DNA of 64,000 nucleotides from Patescibacteria group bacterium (GTDB lineage Bacteria > Patescibacteriota > Minisyncoccia > Phycocordibacterales > Phycocordibacteraceae), in assembly GCA_019752595.1 (NCBI GenBank), contig JAIELV010000001.1:618394-682393 (forward strand), read 5' to 3'. Positions 35,377 through 46,067 of this stretch are shown piece after piece (position 1 is the first letter of the stretch; each line of letters begins with the position of its first letter). The translations under genes and the position numbers were made by a program. The notes beneath the pieces are model-generated. The model was not told the origin of the DNA. It worked only from the letters and a program-made list of their open reading frames with translations, and did no database searches.

Positions 35377-37587
35377 ATGAAACAGAAATCATTCTCCGCG
35401 CAAATTGGCGGAAGGACACTGACCGCTGAATTTACTGACCTTGCGGAGCAGGCAAGTGGTTCCGTTATTGTTCGCTACGGCGACACGGCGATTCTCGTCA
35501 CCGCGGTGATGGGATCAAAAGATAAAGAGATGGATTATTTCCCGCTCACCGTTGAATTCGAAGAAAGATTTTACGCAGCAGGAAGAATTCTTGGTTCACG
35601 ATTCGTACGACGTGAGGGAAGACCGGCAGACAGCGCGATTCTTTCGGGACGCATCGTCGACCGCACTATCCGTCCACTGTTTAACAACAAAATGCGAAAG
35701 GATGTGCAAGTTATTGCAACAGTACTTTCGATTGCAGAAGACGACCCCGATGTCTTGGGTGTTATTGGTGCGTCGCTCGCTTTGGGCACTTCACACATTC
35801 CATGGAAAGGCCCCGTGTCCGCAGTTCGTATTGGAAAGAAAAAAGGCTCAGACACTTTCCAAATTAATCCCACCTACGCAGAAAGAAATTCTCCTGACGC
35901 GGAATTGGACTTACTGGTCTGCGGAAGGGACGGCACGATCACAATGATTGAAGTCGGCGCGAAAGAAGTGACCGAAGCTGTCATGGAATCGGCGTTTGCT
36001 GAAGCAATGAAACAGCTTGATGAAGTACAGGCGTTCCAGAAAAAAGTTATTGCGGAAATTGGGAAACAAAAAAAAGAATTTACTCCCGTTGAGATGAATG
36101 CTTCAATTCCAGAAGGATTTGCAGAGTTTGAGGCAGGATTTGAATCTGCAATTTTCTCTGGCACTTCAGGAAAAGAATCGATTTATGCCTTGAAGGAAAA
36201 ATTCCTTGCCAAAATAAAACTGGCGACACCTGAGTTGGTGAAAATGGCGGATGATTATTTTGAAGACCGCGTGGAAGCACTTATGGACAAGCGCGCCATT
36301 GAAGACAAGAAGCGCGTTGACGGGAGAAAACTTGATGAAATTCGCCCGCTGTATGCAAAGGCAGGTGGTATGTCGCCGATTCTTCACGGCTCAGGCATTT
36401 TCTACCGAGGGGAGACGCACGTATTTTCCGCACTCACCTTGGGCGGACCCGAAGATTCGCAGATTGTTGACTCAATAGAGGAGCGCGAAGAAAAGAAACG
36501 CTTCATGCACCACTACAATTTCCCGCCATTTTCGGTCGGAGAAACAGGACGTGTGGGTGGTTTGAACCGTCGCATGATTGGACACGGAGCGCTTGCTGAA
36601 AAAGCACTCTCTGCTGTCATTCCTGAAAAAGAAGTGTTCCCGTACACCATTCGTTTGGTTTCGGAAGCATTCTCTTCAAATGGTTCTACCTCTATGGCAT
36701 CGGTCTGTGCATCGACATTGGCGATGATGGATGGAGGGGTGCCAATAAAAGCTCCTGTCGCGGGTATCGCAATGGGAGTCATTTACGAAACACCTGAACG
36801 CTATGCAATTCTCACAGACATTCAAGGACCTGAGGACCACTATGGGGACATGGATTTTAAAGTTGCGGGAACAAAAGACGGTATTACCGCAATACAGCTC
36901 GACGTCAAAGTTGAAGGTGTGCCGATGAAAATTCTCGCAGAGGCGTTACACCAGGCAAAAACCGCCCGAATGCAAATTCTTGACGTCATAACAAAAGAAA
37001 TCGCAACGCCTCGTGCCGACCTTTCTCCTCGCGCACCAAAAATAGTAACGTTGACCGTTCCTGTCGACATGATCGGTATGGTCATCGGCCCTGGCGGAAA
37101 GAACATTAAGAAAATACAAGAAGAAACAGGTGTGACTGGCATTACGATTGAAGACGACGGTTCGATATTTGTCACAGGAACAGCAGATTCACCTGAAAAA
37201 GCTGCTGAAATAATTCGTCAAATGACAAAAGTGTGGAAGGCGGGTGAAGTAGCAGAAGGCCCTGTAACGCGCCTTATGAACTTTGGTGCATTCGTAAATA
37301 TTGGCGGTAAAACTGAAGGATTGGTACATGTGTCTGAAATCGCACCCTTCCGAATTGCAACCGTTGATGAAGCACTCAAAGTCGGCGACATCGTGAAAGT
37401 GGTGGTGAAAGAAATTGATGATCAAGGCCGTGTGAATCTCTCAATAAAAATGATTGACCCTGAGTTTGCAACACGCAAAGGGCTGAAACCCAGTGAAGGA
37501 ATGCCACCTTCAGCCGACCGCGGGGGTTACAATGACAGAAATGGCGGAAGACGAAATCAAGATTCCGGAGGCGGACACCGTTGGTGA
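35377..37587 (+). CDS. pnp: Polyribonucleotide nucleotidyltransferase (PNPase)
   Basis: 736 aa with two RNase PH domains, KH and S1 domains, and a Gly/Arg-rich C-terminal tail. Confidence 0.95.
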   Translation: MKQKSFSAQIGGRTLTAEFTDLAEQASGSVIVRYGDTAILVTAVMGSKDKEMDYFPLTVEFEERFYAAGRILGSRFVRREGRPADSAILSGRIVDRTIRPLFNNKMRKDVQVIATVLSIAEDDPDVLGVIGASLALGTSHIPWKGPVSAVRIGKKKGSDTFQINPTYAERNSPDAELDLLVCGRDGTITMIEVGAKEVTEAVMESAFAEAMKQLDEVQAFQKKVIAEIGKQKKEFTPVEMNASIPEGFAEFEAGFESAIFSGTSGKESIYALKEKFLAKIKLATPELVKMADDYFEDRVEALMDKRAIEDKKRVDGRKLDEIRPLYAKAGGMSPILHGSGIFYRGETHVFSALTLGGPEDSQIVDSIEEREEKKRFMHHYNFPPFSVGETGRVGGLNRRMIGHGALAEKALSAVIPEKEVFPYTIRLVSEAFSSNGSTSMASVCASTLAMMDGGVPIKAPVAGIAMGVIYETPERYAILTDIQGPEDHYGDMDFKVAGTKDGITAIQLDVKVEGVPMKILAEALHQAKTARMQILDVITKEIATPRADLSPRAPKIVTLTVPVDMIGMVIGPGGKNIKKIQEETGVTGITIEDDGSIFVTGTADSPEKAAEIIRQMTKVWKAGEVAEGPVTRLMNFGAFVNIGGKTEGLVHVSEIAPFRIATVDEALKVGDIVKVVVKEIDDQGRVNLSIKMIDPEFATRKGLKPSEGMPPSADRGGYNDRNGGRRNQDSGGGHRW

Positions 37588-39079
37588 ACGCGTGACGGGT
37601 AAAGCCCCGTCACCTGCACCCAATTTGTCTGTGCAAAATAATCTGACGTGGGATACACCTGCGCCTTCGCCTGCACCAACGATACCTCCAACTCCTGCGC
37701 CAGTGACGCCTATTGTTGCCCAAGCAAATTCCACATCTGCAGCGATTCCTCCTGCTTCTCAAACAACTACACCGCCCCCTGCCACCACTCCGCCTCCTGC
37801 GGTGGTTTCTTCTGCCACACCTACACCAACAATGAACGCCGGCGCAAACGAGCAATCTCCATTTTTTGGGAAAATTGTTCCGCAAAAACCTTCTGTTTCT
37901 TTGAATACTCCTACCTCACCTGTAGCGGTGCCTCCTGCCAAAACGGCTCCTTCAACGAGTATCCCAACACCACCTGCCATTGCTGTTTCACCTCAATGGA
38001 GCGCACCAAAAACTACCACCCTCCCTGAAAAAGATTTGCGTGCGGAAGACAAACTCCATAGCGGAAACATACTCTCTCTGCTTGAGGAACAGGCGCAAAG
38101 ACAAAACCCACCTTCACAACCGATATCGGGAATGAAATATGGGCAAACGCCTGCGCAAAGAAGTATCAGAGAAATCGGACTTCAACCGCGCACCCCAGCT
38201 GAAACTCTCTCCGCAAAAGAAGTGGTAGCCCCCCTACAGAAATCTGACGGGCTTCCACGCATTCGCACCTATGCGGCAGACATGAGCGAAGAAATTAGAA
38301 AACGTGGAGAAACGCTCGCCACCATTATTAGTGCGGAGCGCACAAAAATGGGACGTGGCCCCGTGGGCGATGAAACACAAACAAAAACTGAAATTACTGC
38401 GCAGGAAAAAACACGAAACACATTTCTTTCGTTCGGTGCTTTGTTTCTTGTATTCATTGCAGTGATTGGGCTGGTGTTTGCGTTCTTCCTCACGCGCCCG
38501 AAGCCCACGATGCCAGAGCGAGTGTCACTCATCCCTGTCAATTACGCAGAACTCGTTACTCCAGGAACAACGGAAAAAACAATCACCACGCTTTCTGAAT
38601 TACGTCTCGACACCGATTTGCGTCTTGGCGAAATGAAAGAATTTATTGTGACCGATAGCGGCACGCCACTGTCCCCCGAAGAAACTCTTTTGCGGTTTGG
38701 CGCGCCTGCAACTTTGGCAAGAAACGCGAACTCGGTCATGATCGGCATTCATGCCTTTGATAGAAATCAGCCGTTTATTCTTGTCTCTATCGCTGCCTAC
38801 GACCGTGCGTTTGAGGGCATGCTGGCGTGGGAAGACACTATCGGGCAGACCCTCGGTTCGTTTTTTGCCCCTAACAAGAGTGCCAACGCCCTTGTTTCAG
38901 GAAGTGCCCCCGCACTACAATTCAAAGATCGCGTGTATCAAAACATTGATATCCGCGAGAGCAACCCTGAGTGGAAAATTTTGTATGCATTCCCAAGACG
39001 CGATTTACTCCTCATAACTACAAACGAAAGCACCTTGCGAGAAGTGGTCACTAGGCTCACCCTGCAATCGGGCAACTAG
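37541..39079 (+). CDS. Pro-rich membrane protein (hypothetical)
   Basis: A Pro/Thr/Ala-rich N-terminal half, one central TM helix (LSFGALFLVFIAVIGLVFAFFLT) and a C-terminal globular region. The start is uncertain; the ORF overlaps the pnp 3' end. Confidence 0.5.
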   Translation: MAEDEIKIPEADTVGERVTGKAPSPAPNLSVQNNLTWDTPAPSPAPTIPPTPAPVTPIVAQANSTSAAIPPASQTTTPPPATTPPPAVVSSATPTPTMNAGANEQSPFFGKIVPQKPSVSLNTPTSPVAVPPAKTAPSTSIPTPPAIAVSPQWSAPKTTTLPEKDLRAEDKLHSGNILSLLEEQAQRQNPPSQPISGMKYGQTPAQRSIREIGLQPRTPAETLSAKEVVAPLQKSDGLPRIRTYAADMSEEIRKRGETLATIISAERTKMGRGPVGDETQTKTEITAQEKTRNTFLSFGALFLVFIAVIGLVFAFFLTRPKPTMPERVSLIPVNYAELVTPGTTEKTITTLSELRLDTDLRLGEMKEFIVTDSGTPLSPEETLLRFGAPATLARNANSVMIGIHAFDRNQPFILVSIAAYDRAFEGMLAWEDTIGQTLGSFFAPNKSANALVSGSAPALQFKDRVYQNIDIRESNPEWKILYAFPRRDLLLITTNESTLREVVTRLTLQSGN

Positions 39080-39120
39080 CCAGGCTAGATTCGGAGTAGT
39101 GCCCGTGCTACCATTCCCCG

Positions 39121-39495
39121 ATGATTTCAGAAACAAAAGTAGCGGAATATAAGAAAATCCTTGAGGCTGAGAAAGCGCTTCTTGAAGCAGAATTGCAGAA
39201 AATAGGTGTGCGCGACCCTTCGAATCCTTCTGATTGGGTTGCCGCAAAAGCAACGGACGATTCATTTGGCGCTGACAGAAACGACAACGCAGACATTTTT
39301 GAAGAAATGCAGGACGCGAACGCAACGATTTCAAAACTTGAAGTTCGTTTTCAAGAAGTATCGGACGCCCTCGCAAAGATAGACGCAGGGACCTATGGTG
39401 TCTGCGAAATCTCAGGAACAGAGATAGAAGCAGACCGCCTTGAAGCAAACCCAGCCGCAAGAACGTGCAAGGCGCACATGAATCAGCCCCGCTAG
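39121..39495 (+). CDS. DksA/TraR-family protein with a degenerate zinc finger
   Basis: 124 aa with a coiled-coil N-terminus. The C-terminal finger reads GVCEIS...TCKAH, with Ser and His in place of two of the four Cys. Confidence 0.6.
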   Translation: MISETKVAEYKKILEAEKALLEAELQKIGVRDPSNPSDWVAAKATDDSFGADRNDNADIFEEMQDANATISKLEVRFQEVSDALAKIDAGTYGVCEISGTEIEADRLEANPAARTCKAHMNQPR

Positions 39496-39504
39496 AAAAC
39501 CTTT

Positions 39505-40998
39505 GTGTTTGCGAAAGTCTTCAGCATCCAGCCCGGCTTTCCTCACTCAGAACCAATTACCGTTGAAGCAGACCTCTCGCGAGGTCTGTATTCGTTTTCA
39601 GTTGTCGGTTTGCCGTCAAAGGCAGTCGAAGAAGCGCGTGACAGAATTTCTTCCGCAATAAAACATTCGGGATACCCATCACCAAAATCAAAAAATCACA
39701 AAGTGGTTATTTCGCTTGCGCCAGCCGATGTAAAGAAAGAGGGCGCGGCGTTTGATTTACCAATGGCACTCGCGTACCTCTTGTCTGCTGAAGAAATTTC
39801 ATTCAAAACAGCTGGTGTTGCGTTCTTGGGAGAGCTTGCGCTCGACGGAACTCTCCGCCCTATACGCGGGGCGCTCCCCGCAGCAATTGCAGCACGCAAA
39901 CTTGGCTACACGCAGCTGGTGGTGCCCCAAGAAAATGCCCCCGAAGCAGCGCTCGTGGAAGGAGTACATGTGTTTGGTGTCTCGTCTTTGAAAGAAGCTG
40001 TCGCGCATGCAACAGGGAAAAAGAAACTTACTCCATACAAAAGTGATATCAAGACACACCCGCGCGAACATGCAGTTGATTTTGCCGACATAAAAGGACA
40101 AGAAACTGCAAAGCGGGGGTTGGAAATTGCCGCCGCGGGGCGCCACAACGTGGCGTTCATGGGCCCGCCTGGAACAGGGAAGACGATGCTTTCATCGGCG
40201 CTTTCTGGAATTTTACCGCCACTTTCTTTTGATGATGCCGTTGAAGTAACAGCGATTCATTCAATTGCAGGAACTTTAAAACAACCCTTGGTCACCCATG
40301 CGCCCGTACGCGCACCTCATCACACCTCCTCATACGTAGCACTCGTTGGTGGCGGGAATGCGCTTCGAGCAGGGGAAGTAACACTCGCCCATAACGGAGT
40401 TTTATTTTTGGATGAATTCCCTGAATTTGATCGTCGTGCAATTGAAGCCTTACGCGAACCCCTCGAGAATCGTTCCATTACCGTATCTCGCGCCGCTGGC
40501 TCAATAACATTTCCCGCAAACATCATGTTAGTTGCTGCGATGAACCCACCTCCACGTGGTGCAGATTATCGTGAGGAAGATCGATTCAGAAAAAAATTAT
40601 CTGGGGCAATTGTCGACCGCATCGATGTGTGGATTGAGATGCCACATATTCCGCACGAAAAACTTGCAGGAAAAAGTTCGGGGGAAAAATCGGAAATGAT
40701 ACAGGAACGTGTTCTTTCTGCGCGAGCAACACAGAGTGCGCGATTGCAAAAATTTGGGCTCGCGGGGAAAACAAATAGTGAACTGCCTTCAAAATTGCTA
40801 CATGCGGAGATTGGTATTCCTGATTCAGTACAGCACACACTCGCGCAAGCAGCGAAAAGGTTGAATCTCTCTCCTCGCTCCTACCATCGAGTATTGCGGC
40901 TTGCGCGTACGATTGCCGACCTCGCGCACGAAGAGCTTGTATCTGACGCTCACGTCCTTGAAGCGCTTCAATACCGCCCGCGTTTTATTGAGAAGTAA
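39505..40998 (+). CDS. YifB/ComM-family Mg-chelatase-like AAA+ ATPase
   Basis: 497 aa with a Lon-like N-domain, Walker A GPPGTGKT, Walker B LFLDEF and a ChlI C-domain. Confidence 0.9.
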   Translation: MFAKVFSIQPGFPHSEPITVEADLSRGLYSFSVVGLPSKAVEEARDRISSAIKHSGYPSPKSKNHKVVISLAPADVKKEGAAFDLPMALAYLLSAEEISFKTAGVAFLGELALDGTLRPIRGALPAAIAARKLGYTQLVVPQENAPEAALVEGVHVFGVSSLKEAVAHATGKKKLTPYKSDIKTHPREHAVDFADIKGQETAKRGLEIAAAGRHNVAFMGPPGTGKTMLSSALSGILPPLSFDDAVEVTAIHSIAGTLKQPLVTHAPVRAPHHTSSYVALVGGGNALRAGEVTLAHNGVLFLDEFPEFDRRAIEALREPLENRSITVSRAAGSITFPANIMLVAAMNPPPRGADYREEDRFRKKLSGAIVDRIDVWIEMPHIPHEKLAGKSSGEKSEMIQERVLSARATQSARLQKFGLAGKTNSELPSKLLHAEIGIPDSVQHTLAQAAKRLNLSPRSYHRVLRLARTIADLAHEELVSDAHVLEALQYRPRFIEK

Positions 40999-41100
40999 TA
41001 AAAAACGGATTAGCCCGTCATAGGATGTATGGGTGAAATAGTTTCAGCAATGTTCCTTTTCCTGGTTCTCATGGCTTTAAAGTGAGAGATTGCTTTTCGC

Positions 41101-41418
41101 GTGCTCAGGGTGTACAACCACCGTATGAAGTGGGGTAGGAGAGGACCACATAAAGCCCGTGCGGACGATGCAACTGCTATATCTCAAGATGTTTTTGAGG
41201 TCATAAAAAAGATTCCTGGCGGGGCTGTACAGCGAAAAATTAGAGAGCTTGGGGAAGAGCGTGTTCGCGACTATTGGATGAGGATGCGTCTTTATAAAAC
41301 AGGAGACCCGCGATACCCGCTCCCGCCAAAGAGCGAAAGACGGCATTTTTGGAGACCGAGAATTCAAAACCAAAACACGGTTATGGGATTTGAGGGAGCT
41401 GAAAGAGAAACTGCCTAG
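41101..41418 (+). CDS. Hypothetical basic protein
   Basis: ORF of up to 105 aa, Arg/Trp-rich. Strand assignment is uncertain, since an antisense ORF at 41077..41373 also exists. Confidence 0.25.
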   Translation: MLRVYNHRMKWGRRGPHKARADDATAISQDVFEVIKKIPGGAVQRKIRELGEERVRDYWMRMRLYKTGDPRYPLPPKSERRHFWRPRIQNQNTVMGFEGAERETA

Positions 41419-42419
41419 AACGGATTCGTAGCCCCGCGAACTTCGAAGTGTAAATGCGCACCTGTTGAGCGTCCTGTATTTCCTGATGCGCCGACTGCTT
41501 GACCTTGCGTCACAGTTTGACCAGTTGAAACAAACACTTGTGAGAGGTGTCCATAGACCGTTTGTGTGCCATTCGGATGCTGGATCACTATGTACTGACC
41601 ATACCCGCCGTTCCAGCCTGAGCCGCGCGCGATAATAACAGTGCCTGATGCTGAAGCCATCACCGTCGTTCCGACTGGAACACCAATATCGATACCGTTA
41701 TAGCCGTGAATGCCTTGTGTTTTTATACCTCCTGCAATCGGACGCATGAAGTAGCCTGCAATCACTGGCCCGCCCGCGCTTCTTACCGTCTTTGTGCCCG
41801 AGGAGGTGACTGTTGTCGATACTTCAACACCATGCGGAATCACAATCGTGTCGCCAACTGCTAGCTTTGCGTTGTCAGGTAAATTATTGAAATCAAGCAC
41901 CTCTTCAAGATTGCCTTTATATTTCTTGACTATAGACGCAATCGTTTCACCCTTTGCCACTGTGTGCTGAACTCCTGAGACGGGGAGAATAACAAGCGTG
42001 TCACCTGGATGAATATCTTTACTGCCATTCAGGTCGTTCGCCCACAGAATAGTGTTTGCAGATACATTAAAAAGTTTCGCGATACCAGAAAGCGTATCGC
42101 CGTTTCGTACGACATAGATTGAAATCTGATTTGAAGAAGCTGACTGATCTTCGATGTCCAAAAGAGTTCCTTCGGGGCCTGTTTCAGGTAAAAGTGCGAC
42201 ACCGCCAACAATGGTTATATCGCCACCCCCGCGCCGTGTGGGGTCTATATTTTTAGCTGCCTGAAGGGCAGGAGTGTGAACGCTTGGAACCGCGCGACGG
42301 GTAACCTCTGCAGCTTTCGCAACAGAATCGTCCTCATGAGAGAAGGGAAGATACAGGGCAAGGGCGGGGAGGGCGATGTTAAACGCCAAAAGAAAAGCCC
42401 CCGCGATAACCGCTTTCAA
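41415..42419 (-). CDS. LysM-domain peptidase M23 (cell-wall endopeptidase)
   Basis: 334 aa with a signal/anchor, two LysM repeats (YVVRNGDTLSGIAKLF and HTVAKGETIASIVKKY) and an M23 domain with HxH in GAHLHFE. Confidence 0.88.
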   Translation of the reverse strand: MKAVIAGAFLLAFNIALPALALYLPFSHEDDSVAKAAEVTRRAVPSVHTPALQAAKNIDPTRRGGGDITIVGGVALLPETGPEGTLLDIEDQSASSNQISIYVVRNGDTLSGIAKLFNVSANTILWANDLNGSKDIHPGDTLVILPVSGVQHTVAKGETIASIVKKYKGNLEEVLDFNNLPDNAKLAVGDTIVIPHGVEVSTTVTSSGTKTVRSAGGPVIAGYFMRPIAGGIKTQGIHGYNGIDIGVPVGTTVMASASGTVIIARGSGWNGGYGQYIVIQHPNGTQTVYGHLSQVFVSTGQTVTQGQAVGASGNTGRSTGAHLHFEVRGATNPF

Positions 42420-42659
42420 CCATTTTTTTGTTGCCGGGCGCAGAGTATGTGTCGTGCCGCCTGGTGCTGTGGAATCCTTTTTTATAACGTTTTCTCCTCG
42501 AGTGCTGTGCAGATTTTCAGTAAAAATGGCTCTACTGAGCCAATTTATGGCGCTTTTCGCTTAGGTATATATCCACTATACCCGAGGGAGGGGGGTAGTC
42601 AACCAGTAAAAACATGCCGAAGTGGAGACAGAAAAGTCATATTTTAAGCCACCAATCTC

Positions 42660-42682
42660 TGTGCTATACTAAGTATAGCACA
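42660..42682. promoter_or_regulatory. Palindrome copy 3, TGTGCTATACTAAGTATAGCACA (perfect)
   Basis: Lies 37 nt upstream of the uvrD/pcrA ATG. A second TATAGT sits at 42703-42708. Confidence 0.5.
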
Positions 42683-42719
42683 TTATGGGCAAAATTTTCA
42701 TAGGGTATAGTACTGAGGA

Positions 42720-44648
42720 ATGCTGCCTGAAAACTCATTGAACGACGCTCAAAAAAAGGCAGTTCTCCATAAAAAAGGGGCACTCCTTATTCTCGCGGGG
42801 GCGGGAGCAGGCAAAACGAGAGTTATCACCCACAGAATTGCGGAATTAATCCGAAGCGGGATAAACCCTGGGGCAATTCTTGCGGTTACTTTTACTAACA
42901 AAGCGGCGAGCGAGATGCGCTCTAGGGTTTTGAAGCTAATTTCCGAAGATTTATCCCTTTCGCCCTACGACACCCCAAAAACACTCCCCTATATAGGTAC
43001 GTTCCATGCGGTTTCTCTGGAAATTATTAAGACATTCCACGAAAAGGCAGGACTCCCGCGCCGATTCTCAATATTCGACCGCTCCGACTCTGTACGTGCA
43101 TTGAAAGAAGCGATCTCTGAAGCTGGTTTTGATCCGAAACAACTTGAGCCCCGAAGGGTACTTTCAATTATGGGGCGCCACAAAGGTAACGCGGTTGACC
43201 TTGATGCATTCCGTGAGCGCTACGTGCGTTCATACATAGATGAAGCGGTTGCAGAAGTGTGGGAGAGGTATGAAAAAATTCTTGCAAAAGAAAAAGCGCT
43301 TGATTTTGATGACATTCTTTTGCGTGCATACCACTTAGTGGCGCGAAATCCTGAAGTACGAGAGTATTTTGAGCGCGCGTGGCAGTACGTACATGTGGAC
43401 GAGTACCAAGACACAAACCGTGTGCAGTACGAACTCGTGCGCCTCTTGTCGAAAAAAAGCGGGAACATTGCAGCGGTGGGAGACATTGACCAAAATATTT
43501 ACAGCTGGCGAGGTGCTTCGATTGAATTCATTATGAATTTTGAACAGGATTTCCCCGACGCGGAAATTGTGGTCTTGGCAGAAAACTATCGCTCAACAAA
43601 AACAATACTCGCAGCGGCAAATGATGCCATCGAAAAAAATATTCAACGTAAAGAAAAAGAGTTGTACACAAAAAACGCTGATGGGGAGAAAATAACGGTT
43701 GCAGGTTTTTATGACGAAACAGAAGAAGCGCGCTATGTTGCAAAAGAAGCAAAGTATTTATCGAACTACGGAGTGAAGCATGAAAACATCGCGGTCTTGT
43801 ATCGTGCAAACTTTCAATCACGCATTTTGGAAGAGGCGTTCCTCAAAGAAAATGTTCCCTATCAAGTATTGGGCACACGATTTTTTGAACGCAAAGAAGT
43901 AAAAGACGCTGTTTCGTATATTAAGCTTGCACTAAATCCTGACTCGAGTGCGGATTTTGCGCGCGCCATCGGCACACCTTCTCGAGGCATAGGAAAAGTG
44001 ACACTCGTCAAAGTGGTAAACGGAAAAGAAGAAGAACTACCCGCATCAGCGCGCAAAAAAATTCAGGATTTCCGCACGCTTCTTGCTCGCATACAAAATA
44101 AAATTGAGACCGCACAAACTTCTGAAGCAATTAAATTTGCGCTCCATGAAAGCGGACTATGGAATTTATACGCCCATGGTACAAGCGAAGACACGGAACG
44201 TTTGGAAAACTTAAAGGAGCTCGTTACGGTTGCCACAAAATATGACCACCTCGCGGCTCCAGAAGGAATTGAAAAATTAATTGAAGAAGCAGCGCTCCAA
44301 TCAGACCAAGACGAGCTCAAAGAAAAAAAGGTGGGTGTGAAATTGATGACTATTCACGCAGCAAAGGGGCTTGAATTTGAACGTGTGTTCATTACGGGGC
44401 TTGAAGAAGGGCTGTTCCCGCATGAGCGCGACGAAGCCGAAGGTGTGGATCATGAAGAAGAGCGTAGATTGTTTTATGTCGCACTCACGCGTGCGGAGAA
44501 AAAAGTATATTTAACGCATGCGGCAACGCGCAGAATTTTTGGTACTCGTTCAATCAATACGCCGTCAGAGTTTGTAGTCGAGCTTGATCCTGCGTTGGTA
44601 GAAGTCGTACCATTTGTAGGAAACTACCATGAAGAAACAATTGACTAG
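42720..44648 (+). CDS. uvrD: ATP-dependent DNA helicase PcrA/UvrD
   Basis: 642 aa with the SF1 motifs GAGAGKT, DEYQDTN and the others. Confidence 0.93.
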   Translation: MLPENSLNDAQKKAVLHKKGALLILAGAGAGKTRVITHRIAELIRSGINPGAILAVTFTNKAASEMRSRVLKLISEDLSLSPYDTPKTLPYIGTFHAVSLEIIKTFHEKAGLPRRFSIFDRSDSVRALKEAISEAGFDPKQLEPRRVLSIMGRHKGNAVDLDAFRERYVRSYIDEAVAEVWERYEKILAKEKALDFDDILLRAYHLVARNPEVREYFERAWQYVHVDEYQDTNRVQYELVRLLSKKSGNIAAVGDIDQNIYSWRGASIEFIMNFEQDFPDAEIVVLAENYRSTKTILAAANDAIEKNIQRKEKELYTKNADGEKITVAGFYDETEEARYVAKEAKYLSNYGVKHENIAVLYRANFQSRILEEAFLKENVPYQVLGTRFFERKEVKDAVSYIKLALNPDSSADFARAIGTPSRGIGKVTLVKVVNGKEEELPASARKKIQDFRTLLARIQNKIETAQTSEAIKFALHESGLWNLYAHGTSEDTERLENLKELVTVATKYDHLAAPEGIEKLIEEAALQSDQDELKEKKVGVKLMTIHAAKGLEFERVFITGLEEGLFPHERDEAEGVDHEEERRLFYVALTRAEKKVYLTHAATRRIFGTRSINTPSEFVVELDPALVEVVPFVGNYHEETID

Positions 44649-45429
44649 AAAGCGTGGGGCAAAGTTGGGGCAGCACTTCCTCACGAATGCGGGGATTGCT
44701 CGCATCGTTGCCGAAAGTTCTGGCGCAGGGGTAGGGGTTCGCGTCTATGAAATCGGCCCTGGGAAAGGGATGCTGACGAAAGAGCTCTTAGCGCTCGGTG
44801 CAGTAGTGACCGCCGTGGAGAAAGACCCCGAGATGGCTGAAATCCTTTGTGCAGAGTTTGTAGACGAGATACGAAAGAAAAAACTCATTGTTATAGAAGG
44901 TGACGCGCGCGACTACACTCCCGATACGGTATTCCCAAAAGGTGAGTACATTATTGCTGCAAACATTCCGTACTACATTACGGGGGAATTAATCAGAACA
45001 GCGCTCACCTCAAAAAACCAACCGAAAAGTATGGCTCTTTTGATTCAGAAAGAAGTCGCTGAAAGAATTGCTCGTTCAAAAAAAGAATCCCTGCTCTCGC
45101 TTTCCGTAAAAGCGTATGGCACTCCGAAATACGTAAAGACAGTATCTGCGGGGAGTTTTAATCCGCCTCCTGCAGTTGATTCAGCAGTGCTTTCAATTGG
45201 AAATATTTCTCGCGCACATTTTGCTACTGTTTCTGAAGACGTTTTCTTTCGTGTTATCAAAGCGGGTTTTGCACAGAAACGAAAAACACTTGGTGGTAAT
45301 TTGAAAAAAACATTCGGCGTAAAGGCGCTCGAGGCACTTGCGTATGCAGGAATCCCCGAAAAAGAGCGCGCAGAAAATGTGCCGCTCGCTTTGTGGTTAC
45401 GCGTGGCTGAAAAAATGCGCCAAACTTAG
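44629..45429 (+). CDS. rsmA: 16S rRNA (adenine1518/1519-N6)-dimethyltransferase
   Basis: 266 aa with the KsgA SAM-binding motif VYEIGPGKG and NIPY. Confidence 0.9.
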   Translation: MKKQLTRKRGAKLGQHFLTNAGIARIVAESSGAGVGVRVYEIGPGKGMLTKELLALGAVVTAVEKDPEMAEILCAEFVDEIRKKKLIVIEGDARDYTPDTVFPKGEYIIAANIPYYITGELIRTALTSKNQPKSMALLIQKEVAERIARSKKESLLSLSVKAYGTPKYVKTVSAGSFNPPPAVDSAVLSIGNISRAHFATVSEDVFFRVIKAGFAQKRKTLGGNLKKTFGVKALEALAYAGIPEKERAENVPLALWLRVAEKMRQT

Positions 45430-46067
45430 CGTACTAAGTTGCGAATCAAAACTCCTCCAGTAACATCTGCGTTGTCTTGAATGATGAGTTGTGTGGGTGA
45501 ACCAAAGTTCGACCCACCGAAATTTGAACCCCCGAATGGAGAACCGCCACCACCTGTAGGAAAGCCTGGCTGAGAAATAGGGAAGTTATACGGGGATGTA
45601 ATTCCTGGAAGAGTATTTACAGGATACAGGCGCTGTATGTCTGCGGGGCGAATAGCTGAGCCCCCGCCAGTACTCCCGCCGAGAAGCTGCTCTGCGCCTT
45701 GGCGCACCGCCTGCGCTGCGCGCTGAGCGCCCGATACGCTGTAGTAGCGCGCCACTCGTTCTTCACGTGTTGTTCCGTTACTCTTTGTGCACGTCGCTTT
45801 CCCCCCAAGGAGAACAAAAACGGTCTGCCCGTCTGCAGGCGCCACCCAGCGTGGCATGACGCGTGTTTTGCCTGTTTCAAAAATAAACGGGATTCCTTCC
45901 GACGTCGGCGATTTATAGATTGCCATTAGTTTACCGTTTATGTTTACACAATCTCCTTGATCGGTGACTGTCCCGCGGAAAATGCCACCCAACAGCCCCG
46001 CTGCCTCTGCGCTACTAGGAGCGAGTAGAACTACCACAAGAAAGAAAACCGCAACTATAGTCCTCAT
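45426..46067 (-). CDS. Secreted Gly-rich protein (hypothetical)
   Basis: 213 aa with a signal peptide and a Gly-rich C-terminal tail (GGSNFGGSNFG). Confidence 0.5.
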   Translation of the reverse strand: MRTIVAVFFLVVVLLAPSSAEAAGLLGGIFRGTVTDQGDCVNINGKLMAIYKSPTSEGIPFIFETGKTRVMPRWVAPADGQTVFVLLGGKATCTKSNGTTREERVARYYSVSGAQRAAQAVRQGAEQLLGGSTGGGSAIRPADIQRLYPVNTLPGITSPYNFPISQPGFPTGGGGSPFGGSNFGGSNFGSPTQLIIQDNADVTGGVLIRNLVR

